Shown in pieces: positions 27,159-36,374 of a stretch of 64,000 nt of DNA. Below the pieces are notes generated by a model that saw only the letters and a program-made list of their open reading frames with translations, was not told the DNA's origin and searched no databases. The DNA lies in the IMG/VR virus record IMGVR_UViG_3300033182_000980, positions 124,001 through 188,000 of that record; one strand, 5' to 3'. Position 1 is the stretch's first letter; the number at the start of each line of letters is the position of its first letter. Position numbers and translations under genes: made by a program.

Positions 27159-29679
27159 GTACATAATGGATATGTAAAGACTCGGTAGTACCTGAACCAT
27201 TCACATCAATACCTTGTGTACCAGTGTCTGAAAATACAAGCCTTAAATAAGGTGTGCCGCCGAGTGTTGCTATATCAACATTTAAGATTGGGAACTTCCA
27301 ATAGTCGTAATCTGTAAACGGTGCAGAAGAGTTTACGGTTAGTTCCACAGATACACTAAGGTTTGTGGGGGTTATCCAACTTTGGAGATTTGCACCACTC
27401 CAAATGTTCTTTCCACTATAGCTCTCGTATAAGCTCGCATAAGTCTCTCCAGTACCTATTGTAAGATCAAGATCAGAACCCCCCACATTAGTTTCTTCAT
27501 CTTTAAAGAAAAGAGGGATATAGCTTATTTCATCTCCAGCTGATGGTGTGCCGATTACAACGGTTCCATACCCAAGAGTTTGAATGTTAAGAGTGCTTAT
27601 AGTCCCAGTTCCATTTAGCCCAAAAAACCTGTTGTAAGTTGTTGGGTTAGAAATCTTTGTGGCTGAACTATCGTCAATTTCTATGTTTCCACCAGGAGCA
27701 CTTATGGCCATGTTGCCCCCACTAGTTGAGTATTCGTGATCTCCTGGTGCAACAGAGCTGAACTTGTCGGTCGCAGAGTCGATATGTACATAGGTAGTAT
27801 TTTTTAATGTGCCATCTGCTTTTGCTAAAAGCATCCGATCTTCTGTGCCAGCATAAGTTGGGGTTGAATTGGAAACAACCTTGACCTCACCCCTTGTGGT
27901 AGTTCCTGTTCCTGTTGTGAGGTTGATGTCTCCAGAGTTGTTTGCGTTCCCTGTACTAATGCTGACATTACCACTATCTTGACCGCCCGCATTTCCAGAT
28001 TTAAGGTAGGTATCACCACTCGCACCCGCTGATGTGTTTCCACTTTGGATACCAAGCTCGCCCGAACCAGAGGAAGCGTCCGAGTTTCCTGTAGAGATAT
28101 AAATAGCTCCACTCGTTCCCACAGCTCCACCATTCAAGCCTGTGTAGATCATTATCTCGCCAGTAGAACCTGTGTCTGTGCCAGATGTGTAAAGGTCAAT
28201 GCCTCCACTATTTCCATTTGTAGGTTCACTTGTGGAAATGGAAATGCCCCCTGTGGAAGTACCAGTCCCACTTTTAATCACTACTCCACCACTACCCCCA
28301 CCTGCGTTATTGCCTGTTGCTATGGTGATAATGCCACTTGTTAATCCATCTGTAGTGCCTGTGCTAATAGAAATCTCACCACTAGGCCCCGAACTGCCAC
28401 TTGCACCCGTGTTATTTCCTGTACTTAGTGTAAGATCTCCCGACCTTACATTACTTGTTTCTGTTTTAAGGGTAGCATCACCACTAGCCCCTCCTGTGCC
28501 AACACCCGACTTGAGAGAAACATTACCACTAGCTCCATTAGTGGCTGTACCAGAGTAGAGGTTTAAAGCACCCGATGTCGTGTGCCCTTGGCCACTGTAA
28601 ATAGAAATCGCACCACTCGAATGAGTGTTGTTCGTGGCATTGCCTGTGTAGAGGTTAATTGCTCCACTATCCCCATTGATAGTAGAGATGCCTGTTCTCA
28701 TCTCAAGATCACCTGTATTTCTCCCTGCATTTGAGGAGAATAAATACACAGTACCACTATCTACTGTAGCCGAAGAACCAGACTTTATAAAGACTGAACC
28801 ACTACTACCTGTTGACGCTTGCCCCGACTCTAATAGTAGTGATCCACTATCTCCACTACCTTGTGGGTTGCCACTCTTTAAGGTTACATTACCACTAGTT
28901 GCTTCTTCTGATTCACCGCTTTGAATCGTGACTGCTCCACTAATGTTTGCAAGTCTAGTAGAACCAGAACTCATTGTGATCGAACCCGTATTGCCTTCAG
29001 TTGAATCACCTGTAAACAAAACAAGTGTGCCAGAAGTAGCAGTTGTAGTTGAACCTGTGTTGACGAGGACATTCCCACTTGGTGCAGTGCTTGTCTCACC
29101 TGTTCTCATCGTTATTCGGCCTGACTCGTCAGTACCTCCAGACCCTGTGTATAGAAATAAGTTGCCCGAATGTCCTGCGTTTGCAGTCGAGCTTGTACCT
29201 CCACTTTCAATCCTTATATTTCCACTATAAGAGTTAGTATGGTCATGTGGTGTGCCTGTTTGAATGGTGATTGGGCCAGAGTATTTTTCAGCAGTGACCC
29301 CTCCTGTGTTGATAACCACAGCCCCTGTATGCTCGGAACTAGATTGACTCTCACCCCCTGTGGATATAAGCACATTCCCATATAAGTTGGGGGCAGGGTC
29401 AGTTAAACTCTCTCCCCCAAAGATGGTTATTGACCCTCCAAAATCACCATCTCCAGACCTTATGGTGACATCTCCACCTCGTTTGCCATGACCACTATCG
29501 CCAGCCTCAACAGTAACAGACCCCGAATAGACACCTGTTGTTCCATTTGATCCAGATACGAGGACTCCGACTTCTCTTTCATCAACGAGAGAGGTGTCGG
29601 CAGAGTTAGGCTCAACTTTGACAGCTTTTGCTTTGTTTTGAGCTTCTATAGTTTTTTGTATCGCAGAAATCGTAGACAT
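27139..29679 (-). CDS. G/S/T-rich repeat protein, putative beta-solenoid fibre/adhesin
   Basis: About 35-40 tandem ~15-aa repeats of form SG-x-(I/V/L)-x-(I/L)-x-(T/S)G; RBS AGGAG. Confidence 0.7.
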   Translation of the reverse strand: MSTISAIQKTIEAQNKAKAVKVEPNSADTSLVDEREVGVLVSGSNGTTGVYSGSVTVEAGDSGHGKRGGDVTIRSGDGDFGGSITIFGGESLTDPAPNLYGNVLISTGGESQSSSEHTGAVVINTGGVTAEKYSGPITIQTGTPHDHTNSYSGNIRIESGGTSSTANAGHSGNLFLYTGSGGTDESGRITMRTGETSTAPSGNVLVNTGSTTTATSGTLVLFTGDSTEGNTGSITMSSGSTRLANISGAVTIQSGESEEATSGNVTLKSGNPQGSGDSGSLLLESGQASTGSSGSVFIKSGSSATVDSGTVYLFSSNAGRNTGDLEMRTGISTINGDSGAINLYTGNATNNTHSSGAISIYSGQGHTTSGALNLYSGTATNGASGNVSLKSGVGTGGASGDATLKTETSNVRSGDLTLSTGNNTGASGSSGPSGEISISTGTTDGLTSGIITIATGNNAGGGSGGVVIKSGTGTSTGGISISTSEPTNGNSGGIDLYTSGTDTGSTGEIMIYTGLNGGAVGTSGAIYISTGNSDASSGSGELGIQSGNTSAGASGDTYLKSGNAGGQDSGNVSISTGNANNSGDINLTTGTGTTTRGEVKVVSNSTPTYAGTEDRMLLAKADGTLKNTTYVHIDSATDKFSSVAPGDHEYSTSGGNMAISAPGGNIEIDDSSATKISNPTTYNRFFGLNGTGTISTLNIQTLGYGTVVIGTPSAGDEISYIPLFFKDEETNVGGSDLDLTIGTGETYASLYESYSGKNIWSGANLQSWITPTNLSVSVELTVNSSAPFTDYDYWKFPILNVDIATLGGTPYLRLVFSDTGTQGIDVNGSGTTESLHIHYVLKHRAY

Positions 29680-29731
29680 GATGTACTCTCCTTAAAAGGT
29701 GATCTTTACATCATACTACACAATAAAAGAT

Positions 29732-30034
29732 TTATGAGAGTACAGCCTCTACGATTTCTTCTGTAATTTGAGAGACATTCTTACTCCGACCTTTTTCGAT
29801 AAAGGCTTTTCTTTTGTTTACTTGGACGACCCACACATCTTGTTTGATAGCATAGCTATAGGAGAAGTTAACCACACCTTTGTCGAGATGTACCTTAAAG
29901 GATCTGTTAGAGACTCTTTGGAAAGTAGAACTCTCTGGTCTGTTCTTAAAGAACACCATGACTTCGTGTGCAATAAGAGCGTGGATCTCCCCCAATCCTT
30001 CAAGGATATATTCATTTAGGTTTACATTATTCAT
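29732..30034 (-). CDS. Hypothetical protein
   Basis: ORF in a same-strand gene run. Confidence 0.55.
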   Translation of the reverse strand: MNNVNLNEYILEGLGEIHALIAHEVMVFFKNRPESSTFQRVSNRSFKVHLDKGVVNFSYSYAIKQDVWVVQVNKRKAFIEKGRSKNVSQITEEIVEAVLS

Positions 30035-30037
30035 TTT

Positions 30038-30604
30038 TTAAACACCGTCTAAAGGATGTCGGAAGTCGTATTCTTTCATCTGCTCGTACTCCATCACAGC
30101 TTGTACGATCTGTACCATATCCTTATTCGTCCAAGGTATGTTTGTGTTATTCTCTATGGGATCAAGATCAGTCTCCTCATCTGGAGGAGGCATATTGATG
30201 ATGACCCTTGCCTTGATTGTCTTTTGGTTTTTAGCGAGTGCTTTGATTGTTCGGTGACAGCCGTCAATGACTGCACCGTCCCAAACCAATATCGGATATG
30301 ACAAGTCCGCGTTAAGGCAACGCTCCAAATGATTTGAGGGGTGTGTCTGACCCCAATTCCATTCTTCCTTAAATGACTCTGGTATTTCCCAATCCACGGA
30401 CTCAAGAGACTCAAACTCGACCCATAGCTTCTCTACATCCCAAGCCATTCTTATATCATCAACATTCACACTAAACTTTGAACTATTCATATCTTCATAC
30501 CCTGTAAACTCAAGTGCTTCGCTTCCATAAACGACAACAGGCTTTGGTGTTAGAATATACCTAAAAAGGAATACACTTATGATACCGAGAAGATATGAGA
30601 TCAT
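30038..30604 (-). CDS. ParB/Srx-like domain protein with N-terminal TM segment
   Basis: ADLSYPILV...VIDGCHR..KA. Confidence 0.65.
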   Translation of the reverse strand: MISYLLGIISVFLFRYILTPKPVVVYGSEALEFTGYEDMNSSKFSVNVDDIRMAWDVEKLWVEFESLESVDWEIPESFKEEWNWGQTHPSNHLERCLNADLSYPILVWDGAVIDGCHRTIKALAKNQKTIKARVIINMPPPDEETDLDPIENNTNIPWTNKDMVQIVQAVMEYEQMKEYDFRHPLDGV

Positions 30605-30606
30605 AT

Positions 30607-32031
30607 TCAGACCCTTATTTTGTAATGCTTGATGAGATCTTCTCTAATCTTAGTCACATAAGCATCATCACAGGTTTCATTGATAAGTGCGTTTCTTAGA
30701 CTTCTAAGGTATTTAACTATCCTATCGTCCTCGTGCTTTTTACTAAGCTCTTTTAAGAGTGCATGGTGATCCCACTCACCTGTGTATTTTTTGCTCTCTT
30801 CATTCGTAAGATACACGACACATAAGACACCATAAGGGTATTTCTCGGAGTAAGCTCTCATAACGCTTCGTATGTAGGTGTTTTCTTCGCTAGGTCTGCC
30901 ATGCTTGTAGCCTTCTCGCTTGTCCAATGTCTTTAGGACTTTTTCAAGAGACTCCACAGGGTACTCAAGCACTAAACCTTGCATAGACCCACCTGGTTTA
31001 GTTCCTATGACTAAGTGTCCGTTATTTTCTGACACTACATTGAAAGACCTAGAAATTGAGTTAATATGTCCTTTCCAACTGTTTGTGATGAGATCCTCAT
31101 GTTCTGGATCACTCATAAGCGTTCCGTAAGCAAAGACCCTAAACACTTTTTCATTCGGAGGAGGTGTTTCTACCACTTCCTCTTTGACTTCAATCTCTTC
31201 AATGACGACTTTGTTTTCCTTGTTCGAGGTGACTCGTTTGACTTCGAGCTTGCATCTCGCAGGCTTCTTGAAGTGCTTTTCATACCCTACAAACTCGGAG
31301 TCGTGATCGACTAAGTACATAGTCATTGTTCGTGTTTTTGCATCGAACAGGAACTGATTTGATGTGAACATATTGTCGGTTTTACGGACAACATTGTTAG
31401 GGTTCGGCACATCTTTGAGCCTAAGAGCGAAGAGTTTCTTGATGATGTCCTCTGATTTCTTGGGGCCACTTTCAAGGACTTTCATCATGGTTTCATATCG
31501 TGTTTCGGAGGACTCACGATCATCACCAGATATATAACCTGCGTCTGAATAGAAGATCCCATGATTTGTCCGAACAAAGTTCTTTTCTAGGATCTCGTCT
31601 ACTTTAGCCTCGTGTTTTGAGGTTTGCTCTATAACGAAAGCGTGTCTCTCATCCGAGATCATCGTATGCCCTTTAACACCTGTTTTGAGGTGTGTGAGGA
31701 TATGCAACGCTTGTAAGAGGGAGGTACATTCTAAAGCAGAGATGATCCGATGGGCATCTTGGGAAAATCGGATCGCTTTAGATTTCTTTTTTGTACCCTC
31801 TTTTTCATCTTCGAGAACCATTAGGGCCGCGTTAGATACAACAATCCCATGCTCATTGATGCCTTCAACCCAACCTGTACGCTCATCTTTGAAATACAGG
31901 ATCTCAACCCCATTCTCAGAGATGATGTGGTGTACTCGAATGTCGGGGATATAGTTTCTGTCTCTATTTTTAAAGACCCACTTTTTATCGCCAATATGGG
32001 TGATAGCGATTACACAGGATTGCTTTTTCAT
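30607..32031 (-). CDS. Ntn-hydrolase (C45/C59-like) fused to gamma-glutamylcyclotransferase (ChaC-like)
   Basis: N-terminal part: Cys6, KNRDR, GINEHG, RTNH, S..R. C-terminal part: VFAYGTLM, LDKREGY. Confidence 0.7.
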   Translation of the reverse strand: MKKQSCVIAITHIGDKKWVFKNRDRNYIPDIRVHHIISENGVEILYFKDERTGWVEGINEHGIVVSNAALMVLEDEKEGTKKKSKAIRFSQDAHRIISALECTSLLQALHILTHLKTGVKGHTMISDERHAFVIEQTSKHEAKVDEILEKNFVRTNHGIFYSDAGYISGDDRESSETRYETMMKVLESGPKKSEDIIKKLFALRLKDVPNPNNVVRKTDNMFTSNQFLFDAKTRTMTMYLVDHDSEFVGYEKHFKKPARCKLEVKRVTSNKENKVVIEEIEVKEEVVETPPPNEKVFRVFAYGTLMSDPEHEDLITNSWKGHINSISRSFNVVSENNGHLVIGTKPGGSMQGLVLEYPVESLEKVLKTLDKREGYKHGRPSEENTYIRSVMRAYSEKYPYGVLCVVYLTNEESKKYTGEWDHHALLKELSKKHEDDRIVKYLRSLRNALINETCDDAYVTKIREDLIKHYKIRV

Positions 32032-32043
32032 AACTAAACCTCT

Positions 32044-33495
32044 TTATACATGAGCGAGCGAGTAGGCTCGCCTAAACCTAGTATTTTCACGAAGCATTTG
32101 TTGGATCTGTCGTACAGCCGCTCGCCTAAAGAGCTTCTTGAAGAGTGATCTACCACCCTCCCATATGCTCTTTGCGATCCCACCCAAGAACTTGAAGCTC
32201 CGAGCAAGGTCTTTAAATACAGCCGGAGCGAGAGCGGCTGCTGAAACACCTAACTTACGCACAATCTGTGCTGTGGCTTTTGTGTCTGTGAGGATACAGA
32301 TCAGTAAGATCACAGCGAGGACTTTAACAATCCCTGCTCCGACAACAGCGAGTCCTGTTTTCATCAACAATGCTAGAGCAGAAACCTTAAGGATAGAAAG
32401 ACCGAGCTTAACTACGATGAGTTTATGGTCTGGTATGCCCTTTGCAATGTAGTTATTGAGATCTTCCCATTTAGTTAATCCCCAGTTAGCGAGAGTGACA
32501 TCTTTAGGGTCAATCCCCATCATGTCTCTTAGGTCATCAATCCCAACTCCCGCTACCTTTGCGACTTGGTGTGGTGTTCTAGCAGATATTAACTGACCCA
32601 TCATTTTAAGGGTTGCACTAAAGTTTCCAGCCTTTTGCAGACGGCTCTGGATCAAACGCTCATATTCAGTCTTAGGCTTAGTACCTGCGTCTACAAGAAC
32701 ATGGAGCTTATTTGTTAGACCTTTTGCTTTAAGGACATTCCCAATGAGAGTGAACTCACCTTTATGGATGCCAAATAGCTTCTCTTTAAAGTTATTGATG
32801 ATCTCGGAGAAATAGCTCAAACCTACTTGGTCTTTGACCTTTGGGTCATCGAGCTGATCCATCATATCGTCCATTGGGACAGCACCAGCGAAGGCAGTCT
32901 TTGAGTTGCTAAGGATCGCAGAGTAAACCCTACGCATACGCTCAAACTCTCTAGCGTTCCCTGTGGCTAAGATAGCCCTACGGATCATCTGATTCTGCTG
33001 ATGTGCTACCAATACATTATGGATGCTTGCTTGACGATTTCTCATTCGAGAACCTTCTTTCTTCTTAGTGTGTTTCTTTTTCCATGCCTTCCACTTAGCG
33101 TGTTGAGGGCTTGATTTGAGTGAGGGGTCATGCCCCCAGTTGCGTAGGCTGATTTCCCACTTGGACATACCCGATCCACCGATAGGATCTCCTGGCTTCC
33201 CTCCGAGCATACGAGAGTTAAAGCCATTTTCTTGAGAAGCATTGTCGAAGTCGTCTGCTGACCAGTCCTCGAACTTTTTCGCCTTTCGCCTTTTGATACG
33301 ATGGAATGAGTCATACCCCGACTGTATTCCACCTTCTTCTTTAGCTTTGCTACGATTAATAGATGCTAGAAGTCGGTGGTCATTAACAGCCCATTCGTCA
33401 AGTGCCTTCTGACTCATGTTAATGAGTTTATGCCACTTGTCGTATATCTCTTTTTTTTCCTCGTCCGAGCGAGGTTTTGCGTATCTATAAGGCAT
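32044..33495 (-). CDS. DUF3140-like domain fused to a helical/hydrophobic C-terminal region
   Basis: INMS...L.EW...SKWEISLRNWGHDP resembles DUF3140. Confidence 0.6.
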   Translation of the reverse strand: MPYRYAKPRSDEEKKEIYDKWHKLINMSQKALDEWAVNDHRLLASINRSKAKEEGGIQSGYDSFHRIKRRKAKKFEDWSADDFDNASQENGFNSRMLGGKPGDPIGGSGMSKWEISLRNWGHDPSLKSSPQHAKWKAWKKKHTKKKEGSRMRNRQASIHNVLVAHQQNQMIRRAILATGNAREFERMRRVYSAILSNSKTAFAGAVPMDDMMDQLDDPKVKDQVGLSYFSEIINNFKEKLFGIHKGEFTLIGNVLKAKGLTNKLHVLVDAGTKPKTEYERLIQSRLQKAGNFSATLKMMGQLISARTPHQVAKVAGVGIDDLRDMMGIDPKDVTLANWGLTKWEDLNNYIAKGIPDHKLIVVKLGLSILKVSALALLMKTGLAVVGAGIVKVLAVILLICILTDTKATAQIVRKLGVSAAALAPAVFKDLARSFKFLGGIAKSIWEGGRSLFKKLFRRAAVRQIQQMLRENTRFRRAYSLAHV

Positions 33496-33530
33496 TACGA
33501 TAACTCCTGTTCTTCCATATAGTTTGGTCG

Positions 33531-33542
33531 ATAAATAAACTA
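33531..33542 (-). promoter_or_regulatory. Motif B (TAGTTTATTTAT)
   Basis: Upstream of ORF 33495. Confidence 0.55.
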
Positions 33543-33555
33543 TAACAGAGAGATC

Positions 33556-33572
33556 GTAACCCCTTATCTATA
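33556..33572 (+). promoter_or_regulatory. Motif A (GTAACCCCTTATCTATA), putative early promoter
   Basis: Exact copy; divergent from the motif B copy. Confidence 0.65.
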
Positions 33573-33607
33573 GACCTATGTAATCGACACTCTTAAAGGA
33601 GAACACT

Positions 33608-33835
33608 ATGTCTCGAACACACAATCACCGAAAACCAGCTTACGAAGGGGGAGTGCCTAAGTCATGGCACTCTCGATGGACTTGCCCTCGCCTTGTAAGC
33701 TCGGCTCGTAAGCAAGACCAAAACAAGACTCGCTCTATGTGGAAGGTCGCTCTTGAGCAACTTCCTACAGAGGCTTGGGAGGACGGTGTCGTCCTCAAGT
33801 TTGGTCGTCCAAACTTTCCTGGTCATATCCACTAA
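33608..33835 (+). CDS. Hypothetical basic protein
   Basis: RBS AAAGGAG behind motif A. Confidence 0.6.
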   Translation: MSRTHNHRKPAYEGGVPKSWHSRWTCPRLVSSARKQDQNKTRSMWKVALEQLPTEAWEDGVVLKFGRPNFPGHIH

Positions 33836-33846
33836 GGGGGTGCTGT

Positions 33847-34053
33847 ATGAAAACTTGTGATCGCTGTGGTGTTGCCACCAAGACATGGACTTGTTCTATG
33901 TTCAATACGCAAGAGATCTGTCTTGTATGCAAAGAACAAGAGCGTAAGCACCCTCGCTACCAAGAGGCTTGCGAAGCAGACAGAGAAGCCATTAAGCGAG
34001 GCGACTACAACTTTAAGGGCATCGGTTGGACTGCCCCACACTCAAGTAAGTAG
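33847..34053 (+). CDS. Small CxxC zinc-binding protein
   Basis: CDRC...SMFNTQEICLVC...HPRY..A..A. Confidence 0.65.
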   Translation: MKTCDRCGVATKTWTCSMFNTQEICLVCKEQERKHPRYQEACEADREAIKRGDYNFKGIGWTAPHSSK

Positions 34054-34134
34054 GAGCGAGGGGGGGGTGAAACCCGAACCTTATAATGAGGGGTTGATAT
34101 GACCCTCGACTAACATCTCTTGAAAGGAGAACCA

Positions 34135-34641
34135 ATGAAGATCAAAGGATCAATGAAAACAGGGATCAGTAAGCCAGCTATTAGAGCGTGGCTGAGAGCT
34201 TCGGAGACTGTTCTTCGATACCACAACCGAGATGTCAACCTTGATGATTGGACAATCGAGATCAAGGATCTGTCTAAGCGAAAGCTCAAGAAAGCCCAAG
34301 GAAATGTTTGGGGTACTTGTAATAGAAGCAGTAAGACTATCAAGCTACATGAGGGCATCCCTACCATCGACCAGCTAGGTACTGTCATTTTGCATGAGGT
34401 CGTTCATGCAGGGTTCTCGTGGGCTGATCAAACGGATGAGAAGTGTACCTCGACCCTCACAGGAAAGCTCAAGCCTACAGTAGCTATCCTTGCTCAAGCT
34501 ATGCTTGATAATACCTTCAAGAATGCGGCTCACATCGCCCATACTCGTGAGGGAATGGCATACGAGAACACAGAGGGAGATGACTACTACGACAAAGACC
34601 AGTGGGGCAAAGTCGGTGCTACCGACAAATATGCCCGATAA
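34135..34641 (+). CDS. SprT-like zinc metallopeptidase-fold protein
   Basis: WGTC...I.L...TVILHEVVHA (HExxH). Confidence 0.6.
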   Translation: MKIKGSMKTGISKPAIRAWLRASETVLRYHNRDVNLDDWTIEIKDLSKRKLKKAQGNVWGTCNRSSKTIKLHEGIPTIDQLGTVILHEVVHAGFSWADQTDEKCTSTLTGKLKPTVAILAQAMLDNTFKNAAHIAHTREGMAYENTEGDDYYDKDQWGKVGATDKYAR

Positions 34642-34698
34642 ATGTAAGCCTTTGACAAGAAACATATAACCCCACCTGTCTCTTGAAAGGAGAACCCA

Positions 34699-35073
34699 AT
34701 GACTACAACCTCAACCTCAACCTCAACATCAACCTCAACCCCCCTTTGGCCCCACAATCCGAATGGTGAGACTCACCCAGACAAGATCGACTGGAAGTCA
34801 GACTCCGTTGAAAACCTCAACATCAACTGGAGCAAGATCGACTTTCTTGTCGCTACAAAGCGAGATGATGGAACGGTTGTTGTTCATCGCCACCCCAAAG
34901 TGCCCCAGATCGGGGGGCTAGGGGCGATCATCGCTTATCAGTCCAACCTCGTTCGCTTCATGCAAGATAAGGTAGGGGGAGGTGATGAGTTTATCAAGGA
35001 AGCAGAGAAGCATGGAGTCCTCTTTAACATCGCTCATATGCTTACCAATGGTGGTGAGCTACCCCTTAACTAA
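34699..35073 (+). CDS. Hypothetical protein with N-terminal (TS)n tract
   Basis: RBS AAAGGAG. Confidence 0.65.
   Translation: MTTTSTSTSTSTSTPLWPHNPNGETHPDKIDWKSDSVENLNINWSKIDFLVATKRDDGTVVVHRHPKVPQIGGLGAIIAYQSNLVRFMQDKVGGGDEFIKEAEKHGVLFNIAHMLTNGGELPLN
34707..34740 (+). repeat. (AACCTC)n microsatellite, about 5.7 units
   Basis: Read directly from the sequence; one unit is AACATC. Confidence 0.85.
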
Positions 35074-35096
35074 AGTCTCTTGAAAGGAGAACTGTA

Positions 35097-35906
35097 ATGG
35101 CAACGACAGCAATCGAATGGGCTACTCATACAATGAACCATCAAGCAGGGTGTACGAAGGCTTCGCCAGCCTGTAAACACTGCTACGCTATCCCCTTGAG
35201 CGTTCGTATCAAGAACATGGGGAACAGCACTCGCTATGACGGAGTGACGAACAATGACTTGAAGAACCCGAAATGGACAGGGGTGGTCAAAGCAGACTTG
35301 ACTAAGCTGAAGTCAAACTTTGCCGAGATCAAGAACGCTACTAAGTCTCGTAGGACTTTCTATGGGTCTATGACTGACCTGTTCCATGAGTCTCTTGAGG
35401 TGGAGAGTGATGAGCTTAAGGCTCTTGCTGATGAGGTGCGAGGGCTTGACGGAAACTGTAAGGCAGACCAAGTGGTGATGATCTTGACTAAGCGTCCTCA
35501 GAAGCTCTTAGATTGGCAACAACACTACTTCCCTCAAGGTTTGCCGAAAGAGGTGTGGGTTGGGGCTACAATCGAGGATCAGAAGCGAGCTGATGAGCGT
35601 ATGCCTATCTTGACTAAAGTTAAGGCTAGTGTGCGTTATCTGTCTTGTGAGCCTCTTTTTGAGCGTGTTGTCCTCAAGGATGAGTGGTTGACGAATACCG
35701 AGTGGATCATCGCTGGTGGTGAGTCGGGTCATCATGCTCGTGTAGCCGATCCCGATTGGTTTAGATCGTTGCGAGATCAGTCGGTCAACGCTGGTATCCC
35801 ATTCCACTTTAAGCAGTGGGGAGAGTGGGACGAGCGTATGGTGCGTATCGGCAAAAAGAAGGCTGGTCGTGTGCTTGATGGTCGTACTTGGGATGAGCAT
35901 CCTTAG
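35097..35906 (+). CDS. DUF5131 (phage Gp37/Gp68, three-Cys motif) protein
   Basis: IEW...GCTKASPACKHCYA, SMTDLFH, LTKRP, LSCEPL, IAGGESG..AR, FHFKQWG. Confidence 0.9.
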   Translation: MATTAIEWATHTMNHQAGCTKASPACKHCYAIPLSVRIKNMGNSTRYDGVTNNDLKNPKWTGVVKADLTKLKSNFAEIKNATKSRRTFYGSMTDLFHESLEVESDELKALADEVRGLDGNCKADQVVMILTKRPQKLLDWQQHYFPQGLPKEVWVGATIEDQKRADERMPILTKVKASVRYLSCEPLFERVVLKDEWLTNTEWIIAGGESGHHARVADPDWFRSLRDQSVNAGIPFHFKQWGEWDERMVRIGKKKAGRVLDGRTWDEHP

Positions 35907-35909
35907 ACC

Positions 35910-35926
35910 GTAACCCCTTATCTATA
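35910..35926 (+). promoter_or_regulatory. Motif A
   Basis: Exact copy. Confidence 0.65.
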
Positions 35927-35963
35927 GGTTCATATAAGCCAATACTCTTGAAAGGAGAATGAC

Positions 35964-36371
35964 ATGGCATACGAAACAATCACACAACTCGCGGGTAAGG
36001 TCCTTTCTCGTGTAGAGAAACAAGACAAGTATGATGATCAGTTGTGGTTCTACACCACAGACAACAAGGCTGTGAAGATGTATCACAGCCAAGACTGTTG
36101 TGAGAGCGTCTATATCGAGGACATCACAGGTGATCTCAATGACCTTGTAGGTAGTCCGATCCTCCGAGCAGAGGTTCGTACAGAGGACGGTGAGGCTGAC
36201 TATGGAGATCTGACCTACACCTACTATGAGCTGGCTACCATTAAGGGTAGCGTGACGATCCGATGGTATGGCTCATCAAATGGCTACTACTCTACTAGAG
36301 TCTACCTTGCCGAGTACGATGTAGATGAAGATGGTGATATTGTTTGGTCTAGTGAAGATATAGACTGGTGA
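35964..36371 (+). CDS. Conserved phage hypothetical protein
   Basis: H.QDCCESV.IEDI.GDL.DL.G...WYG.SNGYYS is a motif typical of large phages. Confidence 0.75.
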   Translation: MAYETITQLAGKVLSRVEKQDKYDDQLWFYTTDNKAVKMYHSQDCCESVYIEDITGDLNDLVGSPILRAEVRTEDGEADYGDLTYTYYELATIKGSVTIRWYGSSNGYYSTRVYLAEYDVDEDGDIVWSSEDIDW

Positions 36372-36374
36372 TCT

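Noticed and set aside
27825-29385. Several 70-120-aa ORFs overlapping the repeat-fibre gene
   Set aside because: Shadow ORFs produced by the repetitive codon pattern; no RBS or recognisable motifs.
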